Shown here in pieces: positions 1 through 8,903 of a stretch of 29,086 nt of DNA. The first letter of the stretch is position 1. Every line of letters starts with the position of its first letter. The notes under the pieces are model-generated. The model worked only from the letters and a program-made list of their open reading frames with translations. It was not told the origin of the DNA and ran no database searches. The position numbers and the translations under genes were made by a program. The stretch is from Planctomycetota bacterium (lineage in GTDB: Bacteria > Planctomycetota > Phycisphaerae > SM23-33): the NCBI GenBank assembly GCA_048622595.1, contig JBMCUM010000001.1, positions 1 to 29,086 of the forward strand, in the 5' to 3' direction.

Positions 1-22
1 CAGTCGCTACCGTTGCATCCAT
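1..22 (-). CDS. Possible 5' end of a gene running off the window edge (MDATVAT...)
   Basis: ATG at 22-20 preceded by GGGAGA with 7-nt spacing; only 7 codons visible. Confidence 0.3.
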
Positions 23-98
23 TGTCGATTCTCCCAGCCGGGACGTCCTTGTCCCAATAGGAGAGTCATCGGCAAAACTTAAAGCGCGACTGTAGTAT

Positions 99-283
99 TA
101 GAGCAGTTTCACCTTTTCTGCAGCGTCCGGCCTGCCTGAAGCGTCGCTAGGCAGCGTCCGCTCATACGAGCGGACGTATGCTCGCCTGCATCACCGATGC
201 GAAGGCATCGCCTGCTTCGGCGTCCTTGCCTGCCTTGTCCTCGGCGACGGCCGATCCGCTACATAAAAACTTAAACTGCTCTA
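99..283. mobile_element. MITE-like element with 11-bp terminal inverted repeats and TA ends
   Basis: TAGAGCAGTTT (99-109) is the exact reverse complement of AAACTGCTCTA (273-283). Internal hairpins: 155-176 (9-bp perfect stem), 195-210 (6 bp), 132-154 (6 bp). No credible ORF. Confidence 0.7.
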
Positions 284-2659
284 CTCGATCGTCACCGCGA
301 CCGACGCGTGGGCGACGTTGCCGTACAGGTCCACCGCCTTGACCGCGATGCGGTGGGCGCCGACGGCGAGGTCGTTCAGCTTGAAGGCGAACTGCTCGTC
401 GGCGTCGTCGCAGATTCCGTCGGTCGGAAGCAGCGCCACCCACTCGTCGGCACTGTCCACCGCGTAGTGCAGTGCCACGATCCGGCAGGCGGCGTCCCGG
501 GCGCGCCCGCGGACCGTCACCACGCCGTCGGCGACGTTTGCGACCAGCCGGACGATCACCGGGCGGGTGTTGTCGACCACGAACCGCTCGGAGATCCGCG
601 TCGAACGCAACGCCGTATCCGGCGGGTTGTCCGGCGTGTCGCAGGCCGTCACGCGGAACACATACTCCCCGTCGGGAACGGTGCGGGTGTCCCAGGCGTA
701 CTGCGGCTCGGTCAGCTCGTCCGTCAGCTCGATCCAGGTCTCGCTGTCGGCCTGTCGGACGTGAACAGTGAACTCGAGCGAGTCGCCGTTGGCGTCGTCG
801 GCCTGGATCATCAGCAGGCGAAATGCGCGCGGTCCGGCGTCGTCGCCGCCGCGTCCGGGCCCGTTCCCGCCCGGCTGGGGCGCGGCTTTGACCGCCACGG
901 CTGAAACGGTCGGAGCGAGGTTGCCCACCTGGTAGACCGCTTCGACGCCGCGGATGACGGGACCGCCCGCATCGTCGCCCGTCAGCGACAGGCGGTACTG
1001 CAGGAACCGCGCGGCCGGGCTGTGGATGCGGAGGAAGTCGTCCTTGACCGGACGTGGCGCCGACCAGTCGCTCCACGTCTTCTCGTCCGGCTCGGACACG
1101 TTTCCGCTGCGCGTGGCGACGGTGAGCTTGGCGCCGCGACCGGTGGCGTGGCGCAGGCGCAGCGTGCCCCAGCGGGCGACCTGCTCGGCGTCCAGGACCG
1201 GGGAGGTAAACGTGCCCGTCTCGGCGGTTGCGGCGGCGATGCGCCCCAGCGAGCCCCCGTTGGCCGTGGCGAAGTACGCCCCGCCGTCGCGCGCCGCCGC
1301 CAGGGCGGTTACCTGGGACGACTCGGTATCGGCAAGCTGGGCGACCTCGTCGCCGCCGGGGGTGACGGTGAAGATCTGCCCCTCGTCCCCGGTGCCCAGC
1401 AGCAGGCGCTCATCCAGGCGGATCATCGCGTGGATCACCACCGGGCGACGGAAGATCGTCTCGACCAGCCCGTCGGCGTGGATGTAGTACACCGCGTTGC
1501 CCGACGCGCCGGGCGCCCCGCCGCGAACCACCCGCGCCGGGGGGCGCAGGGGAAGCTCGTCCGCCTCGGCCGGGCTCGTGGCGGGAACGGGGCGGGGACG
1601 TTCGTCACCCGGCTTGCTCGCGGGCAGAACGAGCACCTCGCCGGGCGTCGGCGTCGGTGCGTCCGCCGGCGCGGTGGAGGCGGGCCCCTCGGGGACGGCC
1701 TCGCCGTCGGCAGGAGCGTCCTCGCCGTCGGCAGGAGCGTTCTCGCCGCCGGCAGGGGCGTCCGCGTCGCCGGAAGGGGCTTCGGCGGCGTTCGCCGGAC
1801 GTGTCGACGGTGCCGGCGGCGGCGGCGGGGCGGGCGGCATGACGCCGCCGGGCGGCGCCGCCTCAGGACGGGCGTCGGCCCCGGCGGCGCTGAGCCGGGC
1901 GGCGTCGGACGTCGCCGCGTAGAGCCCGCCCTCGCCTGCGGCGACCAGCGCGGCGATCTCCGCCTCCTCGGCGTCGAGCACCACCCGACTGGTCCGCTCG
2001 ACCGGGTCGATCTCCACCACCAGCCCGTTCTTGTCGGTCCCGGCGTACAGCAGCCCCCGCTGCGTGAGCACCAGGCACAGCACGTTGTCGGCCAGCTCGC
2101 CCGCCGCGTACAGCTCCCTGCCGCGACCCTCGCCGTCCACGGCGAAGACCTTTCCCTGCGGTCCGGTGGCGGCGTACAGCCCGCCGTCGGGACGGGGAAC
2201 GATCGCCCAGACGTACCGCACGGCCTCGTCGGTCCACACCCGCGCGACCTCGCCGTCGGCGTCGATGCGGTAGATACCCGCTTCCTCGCCACCGGTGCCC
2301 GCCAGCAGCCCGTCGTCCGTTTGCAGCAGGGCGGTGATCATCGCCCCGGGCGGGGAGGCCAGAAGCTCGGCTGCCCCGTCGGCGACGCGATAGACCTTCG
2401 CGGCCGTGGCCGCGCCGGCGTAGACGGCGTCCGGGCCGACCGCAACGGTCGAAATCACCGGCGGCGCGTCGGCGGCCGTCAGCAGGACCTCCAGGCGCGG
2501 CGCGAGGCGCAGCTCCCCGCGCGACGTCGCCATGACGCCGTCGAGCTCGCCGGCGGCGAAGTCCTCCGCCGTGGTGTGCCGCCACTGCCCCGGCTCCACG
2601 CCCAGCGCCGCGGCGGAGACGATGCTTACCGTCGCAACCACCCAGCTCCATCGCTTCAT
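281..2659 (-). CDS. Secreted beta-propeller-repeat protein with Pro/Ala-rich linker and C-terminal FN3/Ig-like domains (~792 aa)
   Basis: C-terminal part of the 1449-aa ORF. Start MKRWSWVVATVSIVSAAALG is signal-peptide-like; repeated propeller-type strands (LLAGTGGEEAGIYRI, LYAATGPQGKVFAV, LYAGTDKNGLVVEI, LLLGTGDEGQIFTV); C-terminal WDTRTVPDGEYVFRVTACD and GAHRIAVKAVD. ATGA overlap with the upstream S55 gene. Confidence 0.8.
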   Translation of the reverse strand: MKRWSWVVATVSIVSAAALGVEPGQWRHTTAEDFAAGELDGVMATSRGELRLAPRLEVLLTAADAPPVISTVAVGPDAVYAGAATAAKVYRVADGAAELLASPPGAMITALLQTDDGLLAGTGGEEAGIYRIDADGEVARVWTDEAVRYVWAIVPRPDGGLYAATGPQGKVFAVDGEGRGRELYAAGELADNVLCLVLTQRGLLYAGTDKNGLVVEIDPVERTSRVVLDAEEAEIAALVAAGEGGLYAATSDAARLSAAGADARPEAAPPGGVMPPAPPPPPAPSTRPANAAEAPSGDADAPAGGENAPADGEDAPADGEAVPEGPASTAPADAPTPTPGEVLVLPASKPGDERPRPVPATSPAEADELPLRPPARVVRGGAPGASGNAVYYIHADGLVETIFRRPVVIHAMIRLDERLLLGTGDEGQIFTVTPGGDEVAQLADTESSQVTALAAARDGGAYFATANGGSLGRIAAATAETGTFTSPVLDAEQVARWGTLRLRHATGRGAKLTVATRSGNVSEPDEKTWSDWSAPRPVKDDFLRIHSPAARFLQYRLSLTGDDAGGPVIRGVEAVYQVGNLAPTVSAVAVKAAPQPGGNGPGRGGDDAGPRAFRLLMIQADDANGDSLEFTVHVRQADSETWIELTDELTEPQYAWDTRTVPDGEYVFRVTACDTPDNPPDTALRSTRISERFVVDNTRPVIVRLVANVADGVVTVRGRARDAACRIVALHYAVDSADEWVALLPTDGICDDADEQFAFKLNDLAVGAHRIAVKAVDLYGNVAHASVAVTIE
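1699..1761. repeat. 3 x 21-bp in-frame tandem repeat in the linker
   Basis: CCTCGCCGTCGGCAGGAGCGT twice exactly (1699-1740) plus an 18/21 copy (1741-1761); encodes APAGGEN-APADGED-APADGEA. Confidence 0.9.
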
Positions 2660-4617
2660 GAGCCCGGGTCCTCCGCAAGGCGCAGGCGGGTCTCGGCGGG
2701 GCGCTTGCGCACCCGGAAGCTCGCCGAGACCGACCCGCTGATGTCGTAGCTCGTCTCCAGCGTGTGCGTCACGGACCTGCCGAACAGGTGCGTATCCTCC
2801 CGTCGCGCCTGGGCGATCACCCGCGCCTTGCTGGGCGGAAGCAGCGGAAGCTCCCGCCGGTCCAGCGCCAGCCCGCCGGTCGGCAGAGCGGCGCGGAGGT
2901 ATACGTGCGTCGCGCGGGTCGCCACGACGCGACGGACGGCGTCGAACAGCTCGCGCGGCGTTTCGGGGGCGTACCGGTGCGGACGCTGCGCCTGCCGCGC
3001 CGCCACCGCCCGGAGGTAGTCCATCGCCTCCAGCGTGTACTCGCCCTCGGGCATGTCGTCCGGCAGGGCGAAACGGACCGGCATCGTCGTGCGCGGCGCG
3101 CGGAACGGACGCAACAGGAGCTTTCCGGTGACCGTCTCCCCCGGGCGGTACGTGCGCCCGTCCAGCCGCAGCGCCAACAGCGACGCCCGGCGGTTCGTCG
3201 GTTGAATCGTCATCCGCACGTCGATGCGCTCCAGCTCGGCGGGCGGGCCCAGCGGGTTGTCCAGCATCGCCGCCAGCGGGCGGGACACGTCGCTGATCAG
3301 CTCGGTGACGTTCTCCCCGCCGGCGACGTTTTCCACCCGGTAGACCGGAAGGTCCGCGAAGCGGATCTCGACCGCGTAGCGCACCGTGTGCTCCGGCGGC
3401 AGGCCATGCCAGCCCCACGCCGCCGCCTGCAGGAGCATCCGCGCCAGCGCCACCGTCAGCAGCCGGTGGCGGGCGATGTTGAACGTGTAGACCTGCTTGC
3501 GCCCCGTCCGGGTCCACTCCACGGCGATGCGCATGGGCACGAGGGACGGCTTGGGCCCGAGGCGTCCGGAGACGCCGACGGCCTGGTCGCGCTGCACCGT
3601 CCCGTCGATCCGCACCGTCGAGCCGAGCTTGAAGCTGCCCAGAAGACTGGAGACCACCGTGTGGACGTACCCGGAGCCCATGGGCAGGTCGACGTCGCCC
3701 TCGGCCTGGAAGGCGTGTCCGAACCCAAGCACGCGCCCCTCGACCACGTCGGTCACCGTCCCGATCGCCACCCAGTCGGCGTCCCCGGTGACCATCGGAA
3801 CGGCCATCGCCGCCCCGGGTTCCAGGCGCACGTCGCCGACTGCGGCGCGGTCGGCCTGGCCCAGTCCGCCGCCGGCCAGCGGGACCAGCCCAAGCGGGCT
3901 CAGCAGCTCTCGCGCCGCGCGCATGGCCCGGTGCGGCATGCCGGACAGAACCAGCGGCGTTTGCAGCGGCATCAGCCGCCCGGGCTCTGCGCGGCGCGCG
4001 CCGGCGCGTCCGGCGGCCTGGGCGCTGAGCCACGCGGCGAAGTCGCGCTTCGACGGGTCGAGCAGGGCCGCGACGTACGCCTCGGGGTCGCGTCCGGCGG
4101 CGCCGGTCCACGCGCCGCCGTCCGGCGCGGCGTCCTCGTCCCCGCCGCCGACGCCGGCCGAGGCGAGCATCTGCGTAATCGGCTGGACGCCGCACTGCGG
4201 ACGCTTCTGGGCGGTCCACCCGTAAGCGACCGCGCCGATGATTTTCTCCTTCCCGTCCCGGGGGTCGCGGATGAACACCGGCGAGCCGCTCATCCCCGAG
4301 ACCAGCCCGCTCTCGGACAGGTCCACCCCCCCGCACGTGCCGCTGACCCGCGCCAGAATCACGTCCTGGTGCGGACCCCAATCGTCCATGACCGAGACGA
4401 TCTCCACGTCGAAGCGTCCCAGCTCGGTCCCGCGCATCACGGTCAGCCCGTAGCCCGTCATCCCGCGCTCGAGGCGGCTGTGGTGGAGGTAGCGGTCCGA
4501 ACCCTCCACGTAGCGGCGCGCCGCGGCGATCGCCGAGTCGCCGGCGTCGGCCGCATCGACCGCCGGCGCGCCCGCGGCCAGCAGTAGGCATATCGCTGTC
4601 GCCGGATGACACATCAT
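2656..4617 (-). CDS. SpoIVB-type peptidase S55 domain protein, secreted (~653 aa)
   Basis: C-terminal part of the 1053-aa ORF. GMTGYGLTVMRG..F.VEIVSV, DVILAR, catalytic-Ser motif SGMSGSPV, IIGAVAYGW, GFGHAF; signal-like N-terminus; GGAG upstream of ATG 4617 (alternative start 4653). Confidence 0.85.
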   Translation of the reverse strand: MMCHPATAICLLLAAGAPAVDAADAGDSAIAAARRYVEGSDRYLHHSRLERGMTGYGLTVMRGTELGRFDVEIVSVMDDWGPHQDVILARVSGTCGGVDLSESGLVSGMSGSPVFIRDPRDGKEKIIGAVAYGWTAQKRPQCGVQPITQMLASAGVGGGDEDAAPDGGAWTGAAGRDPEAYVAALLDPSKRDFAAWLSAQAAGRAGARRAEPGRLMPLQTPLVLSGMPHRAMRAARELLSPLGLVPLAGGGLGQADRAAVGDVRLEPGAAMAVPMVTGDADWVAIGTVTDVVEGRVLGFGHAFQAEGDVDLPMGSGYVHTVVSSLLGSFKLGSTVRIDGTVQRDQAVGVSGRLGPKPSLVPMRIAVEWTRTGRKQVYTFNIARHRLLTVALARMLLQAAAWGWHGLPPEHTVRYAVEIRFADLPVYRVENVAGGENVTELISDVSRPLAAMLDNPLGPPAELERIDVRMTIQPTNRRASLLALRLDGRTYRPGETVTGKLLLRPFRAPRTTMPVRFALPDDMPEGEYTLEAMDYLRAVAARQAQRPHRYAPETPRELFDAVRRVVATRATHVYLRAALPTGGLALDRRELPLLPPSKARVIAQARREDTHLFGRSVTHTLETSYDISGSVSASFRVRKRPAETRLRLAEDPGS

Positions 4618-4747
4618 GGAGGCTCTCCACCGCATTCGGTGTTGGCTCGCCATGCTACGCCGCGCCACGCGAGCGGACAAGCGAAAACGACCCGGCGTCG
4701 CGGGTCGGTCCCGCCGACGAAACGCTGGTGCCCCTGCCCGTCGCCTG

Positions 4748-4756
4748 TGGTATGAT
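4748..4756 (+). promoter_or_regulatory. Extended -10 promoter element
   Basis: TG-G-TATGAT at 4748-4756, upstream of AGGAGG (4784-4789) and ATG 4795. Confidence 0.45.
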
Positions 4757-4794
4757 GCATTGAGGATGACGGACCTACAGGCGAGGAGGCAGAC

Positions 4795-5754
4795 ATGACC
4801 CGCATGCGTATGGCGTGGCTGGCCGCGGGCGCGGTGCTGGCGATGTCGGTCACGGCGCCGGGCGCGGACGACGGAATCGGCCAGGCCGAGCTGGACAAGC
4901 TGGTCGCGCAGGTCGAGGCCAACGCCGAACGCTGGGCGGAGCGGAAAGGCGAGGACCGCTCGGTCGACGAGGCCCTGGAGCATGTGACCTACGGGGCGGA
5001 CTCGGTGGCGCCGTTGCGGCGTGCGATGGCGACTCCGCGAAAGGAGCCGCTGGACCTGTACGTCGCCAACAAGCTGCTCCAGCCCCTGCTGCGCGCCCCG
5101 TCGGAGGTGGTGGCGCAGGTCATCCCGTCCGTGCAGACCCTTCTGGCGAAAAGTCGCCTCACGCCGTTTCCGAACTACCCCGAGAGCTTCCTGAACCAGT
5201 TGAAGCTTCCGGCGAAGCCGGACATGCCCGCCGAGCAGGTCATGGCCCGGGTGGCGGAAATCGAGCGGCGGCGGAAACAGAAGGTGGAGAAGGACCGGAA
5301 GATCGCGATGCACAACGCGGCGGCGGCGCGGCTGATACGGACGGGGGGCAAGCTCCTGCTGTACGCCGACCAGCCGCGGTACGATACGGAGTTCGTCAAG
5401 CTGATCGCCCAGCAGGCCAAACAGAAGTCCAGAAGCTTCGCGGTCCTGCTGGAGGCCCTCAAGGCGGAGGTCCCCAAGCTGCCCCTGCGGCGGGCCCGGG
5501 TTTACTACGGAGCGTTGAAGGAGCTGGGCATGCGCCTGCGATTCCATCGCTTCGAGTACCGGGACTTCACCAAGCCGCACATCCGTGTCGCCGCCAACAG
5601 CAGCTACGGTCGGCAGCGCGGCAAGCCCCAGTGGCGCTACCCGGGCATCGAACTGCTGGAGGTGGTCAACCTTCTGGCGCCCAAGGCCAGCCAGCCCGGG
5701 CTGAACATCCCCTCCAAGGCCGACGTCGACAAACGAGACCCGGACGAGAAATAG
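4795..5754 (+). CDS. Secreted, mostly alpha-helical hypothetical protein (319 aa)
   Basis: Strong RBS AGGAGG; signal peptide MTRMRMAWLAAGAVLAMSVTAPGA; GC3-rich codon usage; no family recognised. Confidence 0.75.
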   Translation: MTRMRMAWLAAGAVLAMSVTAPGADDGIGQAELDKLVAQVEANAERWAERKGEDRSVDEALEHVTYGADSVAPLRRAMATPRKEPLDLYVANKLLQPLLRAPSEVVAQVIPSVQTLLAKSRLTPFPNYPESFLNQLKLPAKPDMPAEQVMARVAEIERRRKQKVEKDRKIAMHNAAAARLIRTGGKLLLYADQPRYDTEFVKLIAQQAKQKSRSFAVLLEALKAEVPKLPLRRARVYYGALKELGMRLRFHRFEYRDFTKPHIRVAANSSYGRQRGKPQWRYPGIELLEVVNLLAPKASQPGLNIPSKADVDKRDPDEK

Positions 5755-5777
5755 GCGAGTAGCGACCGGCTGAGCTC

Positions 5778-7298
5778 GTGTCCCAGTCCCCACGCGATAC
5801 CCTCCTGATCTGTGCACTGACCGCCGCCGATGCCGGCGAGATGCGGCGGCAGATGGACGCAGCGGCCGCAGGCGGCGCCGACGCCGTCGAGTGCCGCCTG
5901 GACCTGCTGTCCGTCCCCCCGGACGATGCGGCGCTGCGTCGGCTGCTCCATGATGCGCCCCTTCCGGTCATCGCCACCAACCGCGCCCAGAGCCAGGGCG
6001 GGCGCTTCGCCGGCGACGAGCGCCGACGACTGGGAATCCTCCACCGTGCGATCGAGCTCGGCGCGACGTACGTCGACATCGAGGCCGAGGCCGACGCGCC
6101 GTCCGTGCCCCCGCAGCAGACCATCCGAAGCTACCACGACTTCGCCCGCTGCCCGGCGTGCCTCGACAAGCTCGTCGCCGACCTGGACGCCGGACCGGCG
6201 GCGGTGAACAAGGTGGCGTTCGCGGCCGGAACGTGCAACGAGTCGTTCCGCGCCCTGGACGTGCTGCGCCGTTGCCGCAAGCCCACGATCGCCCTGGCGA
6301 TGGGCGAGGCGGGCATCGCCAGCCGGATCCTGGCGCGGAAGCTCGGGGCGTTCGGAAGCTTCGCCAGTCTCGCCGCCGGTGCGGAGTCCGCCCCCGGTCA
6401 GCCCACGCTGGAGCAGTTCCGCCGCCGGTTCCGCTGGGATGCTCTCGGTGCCGAGACGCGCGTCTACGGGGTGATCGGTTTTCCCGTGGGGCACTCGATG
6501 AGCCCCGACATCCACAACGCCGCCTTCGAGGCCGTCGGGCACGACGGCGTGTACGTGCCGCTGCTGGTCCGCCCCGGGGCGCCGTGCTTCGACGCGACGG
6601 TGGACGCCATCCGCCGACGGGACTGGCTTGACTGGCGCGGGCTGAGCGTGACGCTGCCGCACAAGGAGAACGCCCTTGCCTATGTGGGCCCGTCGCAGTG
6701 CGACGAGCTCACCGTGCAGATCGGCGCGGTCAACACGATCGCCTTCGGCGACGACGGGCAGCTGTACGGGACCAACACCGACTACGCCGCCGCCCTCGAT
6801 GCCCTCTGCGCCGCGATGGGCATCGCGCGGGAGGATCTGCGCGGCCGGGGCGTCGCCGTGCTCGGCGCCGGCGGGGTGGCACGGGCAATCGTGGCCGCCC
6901 TGGCGCACTACGGCGCCGAGGTCACCGTCTACAACCGGACCGTGCAGCGCGCCCAACGTCTGGCGGCCGAGTTCTCCCTGCGCCACGGCGCGCTGGACGA
7001 CGCCGTCGCCGCCGATGCGGAGATCGTCATCAACTGCACGCCGCTCGGGATGCACCCCGAGTCGGACGCCACGCCGCTTCGGCGTCTGCCCGGCACGGCC
7101 CGCGTCGTGTTTGACACCATCTACAACCCCGTCGAGACCCGCCTGCTGCGCCAGGCGGCGCAGGCGGGCTGCCGCACCGTTTCAGGGCTGGACATGTTCG
7201 TCAACCAGGCGGCGGCGCAGTTCGAGAGCTGGCTGCCGCACCCGGCCCCGCGTGATGCCATGCGCCGTGTCGTCCTTGAACGCCTCGGGGCGTCCTGA
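5778..7298 (+). CDS. aroE: Bifunctional type I 3-dehydroquinate dehydratase / shikimate dehydrogenase (AroD-AroE fusion)
   Basis: DHQase I: AVECRLD, IATNR, SYHDF, NKVA, IALAMGEAGIASR, APGQ. SDH: GHSMSP, LSVTLPHK, GAVNT, NTD, LGAGG, INCTPLGM, FDTIYNP, GLDMFVNQA. Confidence 0.95.
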   Translation: MSQSPRDTLLICALTAADAGEMRRQMDAAAAGGADAVECRLDLLSVPPDDAALRRLLHDAPLPVIATNRAQSQGGRFAGDERRRLGILHRAIELGATYVDIEAEADAPSVPPQQTIRSYHDFARCPACLDKLVADLDAGPAAVNKVAFAAGTCNESFRALDVLRRCRKPTIALAMGEAGIASRILARKLGAFGSFASLAAGAESAPGQPTLEQFRRRFRWDALGAETRVYGVIGFPVGHSMSPDIHNAAFEAVGHDGVYVPLLVRPGAPCFDATVDAIRRRDWLDWRGLSVTLPHKENALAYVGPSQCDELTVQIGAVNTIAFGDDGQLYGTNTDYAAALDALCAAMGIAREDLRGRGVAVLGAGGVARAIVAALAHYGAEVTVYNRTVQRAQRLAAEFSLRHGALDDAVAADAEIVINCTPLGMHPESDATPLRRLPGTARVVFDTIYNPVETRLLRQAAQAGCRTVSGLDMFVNQAAAQFESWLPHPAPRDAMRRVVLERLGAS

Positions 7299-7340
7299 AA
7301 TCGTCCAGCAGCCATCGCGCGACAAATCCGCGATCCTGCC

Positions 7341-7356
7341 AAGCCGCTAGCGGCTT
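7341..7356. terminator. Perfect 16-bp palindrome between convergent aroDE and ispE; possible bidirectional hairpin
   Basis: AAGCCGCTAGCGGCTT is self-complementary; no U-tract, so terminator function is uncertain. Confidence 0.3.
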
Positions 7357-7424
7357 CGCAGAGGCGTACACGCGCCAGCGACGCGGTACGACGCTATTCA
7401 CTGACAACCGACCAGCGCTTCGGG

Positions 7425-8342
7425 TCACCACGGATTGCGACGGACGAGAACGCTGCGCGCGGCGACGTCGTCGTCCAGTTCGCCCCAGACGGCGCGCGCC
7501 TCGGTCGTGTCATCGCAGGGAACGAACAGGGCGCTGCCGCTTCCGGAGACGCACACCGGCTGCTCCAGGCGCGCTGCAATCCGCCCGCGCAGGTGACCCA
7601 ACGCCGGGCAGACGCGCTGGGCCGGAGCGGCCAGATCGTTGACCAGCGACTCGCGCCACCGCGACGGCGGGTCGTCGCCGACCGCCACCGGCGTCCGCGA
7701 CGGCGGGGGCGACGAGCCACCGGCGTCGAACGCCCGGTACACCTCTTCGGTGGGGCACGTCAGCTCCGGCAGCACCAGCACGACCGGGAAATCCCGCAGG
7801 TCGACCTGCTCAACCTGTTCGCCGCGTCCCGTAATGCGGCATGCCGGACCGTTGAGAAACAGCGGCACGTCGCTTCCCAGCTCCGCGCCCAGCGCCGACA
7901 GCTCGGCGTGCGACAGGCCCAGCTCCCACAGGGCGTTGAGCCCCATGAGCGTCGCCGCGGCATCCGACGAGCCGCCGCCCAGACCCGCGCTCGGGGGGAT
8001 GTGCTTGCTCAGGCGGATATCCGCCCCGCCCCCGGCGGGACGGCGGCGGCGCAGCAACTCCGCCGCCCGGCAGGTCAGATTCCGCTCATCCGGACCGCAG
8101 TCGGCCCCGTCGCACGCGAACGTGAGCCGTCCGTCGCCGCGGGCGGCGAGGTGCAGCTCGTCGTACAGTGTGACCTTGACGACCAGCGAGTCGATCCCGT
8201 GGAACCCGTCTTCGCGGCGCGGACCCACCCGGAGGTCCAAGTTGATCTTCGCCGGGGCGCGCAGCGTCAGGACCCCGGCATCGTGCATCGACGTGCGGGC
8301 CCGCGGAGGCAGGACGGTCATCGTGCGATCGGCCTCGGCCAT
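7425..8342 (-). CDS. ispE: 4-diphosphocytidyl-2-C-methyl-D-erythritol kinase
   Basis: APAKINL, HIPPSAGLGGGSSDAA (GHMP ATP loop), LGSDVP, VSGSGSA. Start 8342 chosen from promoter position; 8321 and 8288 are alternatives. Confidence 0.93.
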   Translation of the reverse strand: MAEADRTMTVLPPRARTSMHDAGVLTLRAPAKINLDLRVGPRREDGFHGIDSLVVKVTLYDELHLAARGDGRLTFACDGADCGPDERNLTCRAAELLRRRRPAGGGADIRLSKHIPPSAGLGGGSSDAAATLMGLNALWELGLSHAELSALGAELGSDVPLFLNGPACRITGRGEQVEQVDLRDFPVVLVLPELTCPTEEVYRAFDAGGSSPPPSRTPVAVGDDPPSRWRESLVNDLAAPAQRVCPALGHLRGRIAARLEQPVCVSGSGSALFVPCDDTTEARAVWGELDDDVAARSVLVRRNPW

Positions 8343-8349
8343 GACCCAA

Positions 8350-8378
8350 AGTGTGCGTAAGGCGCACGCGCCCTGCAA
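8350..8378 (-). promoter_or_regulatory. sigma70-like promoter for ispE
   Basis: TTGCAG-N17-CACACT, then 7 nt to ATG 8342. Confidence 0.5.
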
Positions 8379-8447
8379 GCCGCTGCTGCTCGGCAGCGGC
8401 GCCGTCCCCCGCATCCCGGGCGCCGGCACCCGCCGTGTGAATCTCTT

Positions 8448-8630
8448 TCAGGCCTGGTGGAGGCCCTGGCGATTGTACGAGCTGTCGCCGTCGCCCAGGT
8501 GCGTCTCGAACAGGGGCAACCCCTTGCGGGCGCGTCGAGCGTAGGCGCGCACGCGGGTTTCCCTGTATTGCTGGGCGACTTCTTCCGGCTGGTCATTGGA
8601 CCCGTAACGACTCGGACGAAATCCTCGCAC
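8448..8630 (-). CDS. Small basic hypothetical protein (~60 aa, ...RVRAYARRARKGLPLFE...)
   Basis: Distal half has strong GC3 codon bias; GTG 8630 follows GAGGTG; start uncertain. Confidence 0.45.
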   Translation of the reverse strand: MRGFRPSRYGSNDQPEEVAQQYRETRVRAYARRARKGLPLFETHLGDGDSSYNRQGLHQA

Positions 8631-8903
8631 TTGCCCACCTCGCTTCGTACTGCAACATGTGCACGACCGCTCCTTCACAGCCACGCAAGATGAACCGCCG
8701 GACCTCCATGCCCGAAAGGCTACCGCTGTATTATTCTTGCCCCCATGACCCTCCGGGGCAAGGAAAAACTGCATTTTTTTGCATCCCTCCCGGTCGCCAC
8801 GAGAACCGTTTCAACGCCGCCCAAAACCGCGGGCCCGAGCCATGCGCCGCCCGGGGCGGCGCTCAAGCGCCGGGGCGCGCCGACCCCGCGACGGGGCTGT
8901 CGC

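Noticed and set aside
162-280. 304-aa ORF ending inside the MITE
   Set aside because: Alternate frame of the propeller gene running into non-coding repeat DNA.
2660-5817. N-terminal extensions giving the 1449-aa and 1053-aa ORFs
   Set aside because: These are off-frame or antisense read-through of neighbouring genes in stop-poor high-GC DNA. The Arg/Gly/Pro-rich junk ends where signal peptides and RBS sites begin (2659, 4617).
5778-7298. AroD-AroE fusion as a novelty
   Set aside because: A known architecture in plants, chlamydiae and planctomycetes.
8840-8900. GC hairpins downstream of the 87-aa gene as a structured ncRNA or riboswitch
   Set aside because: Only short GC-rich stems (7 bp and 5 bp) of the kind expected by chance at this GC content; no recognisable motif.
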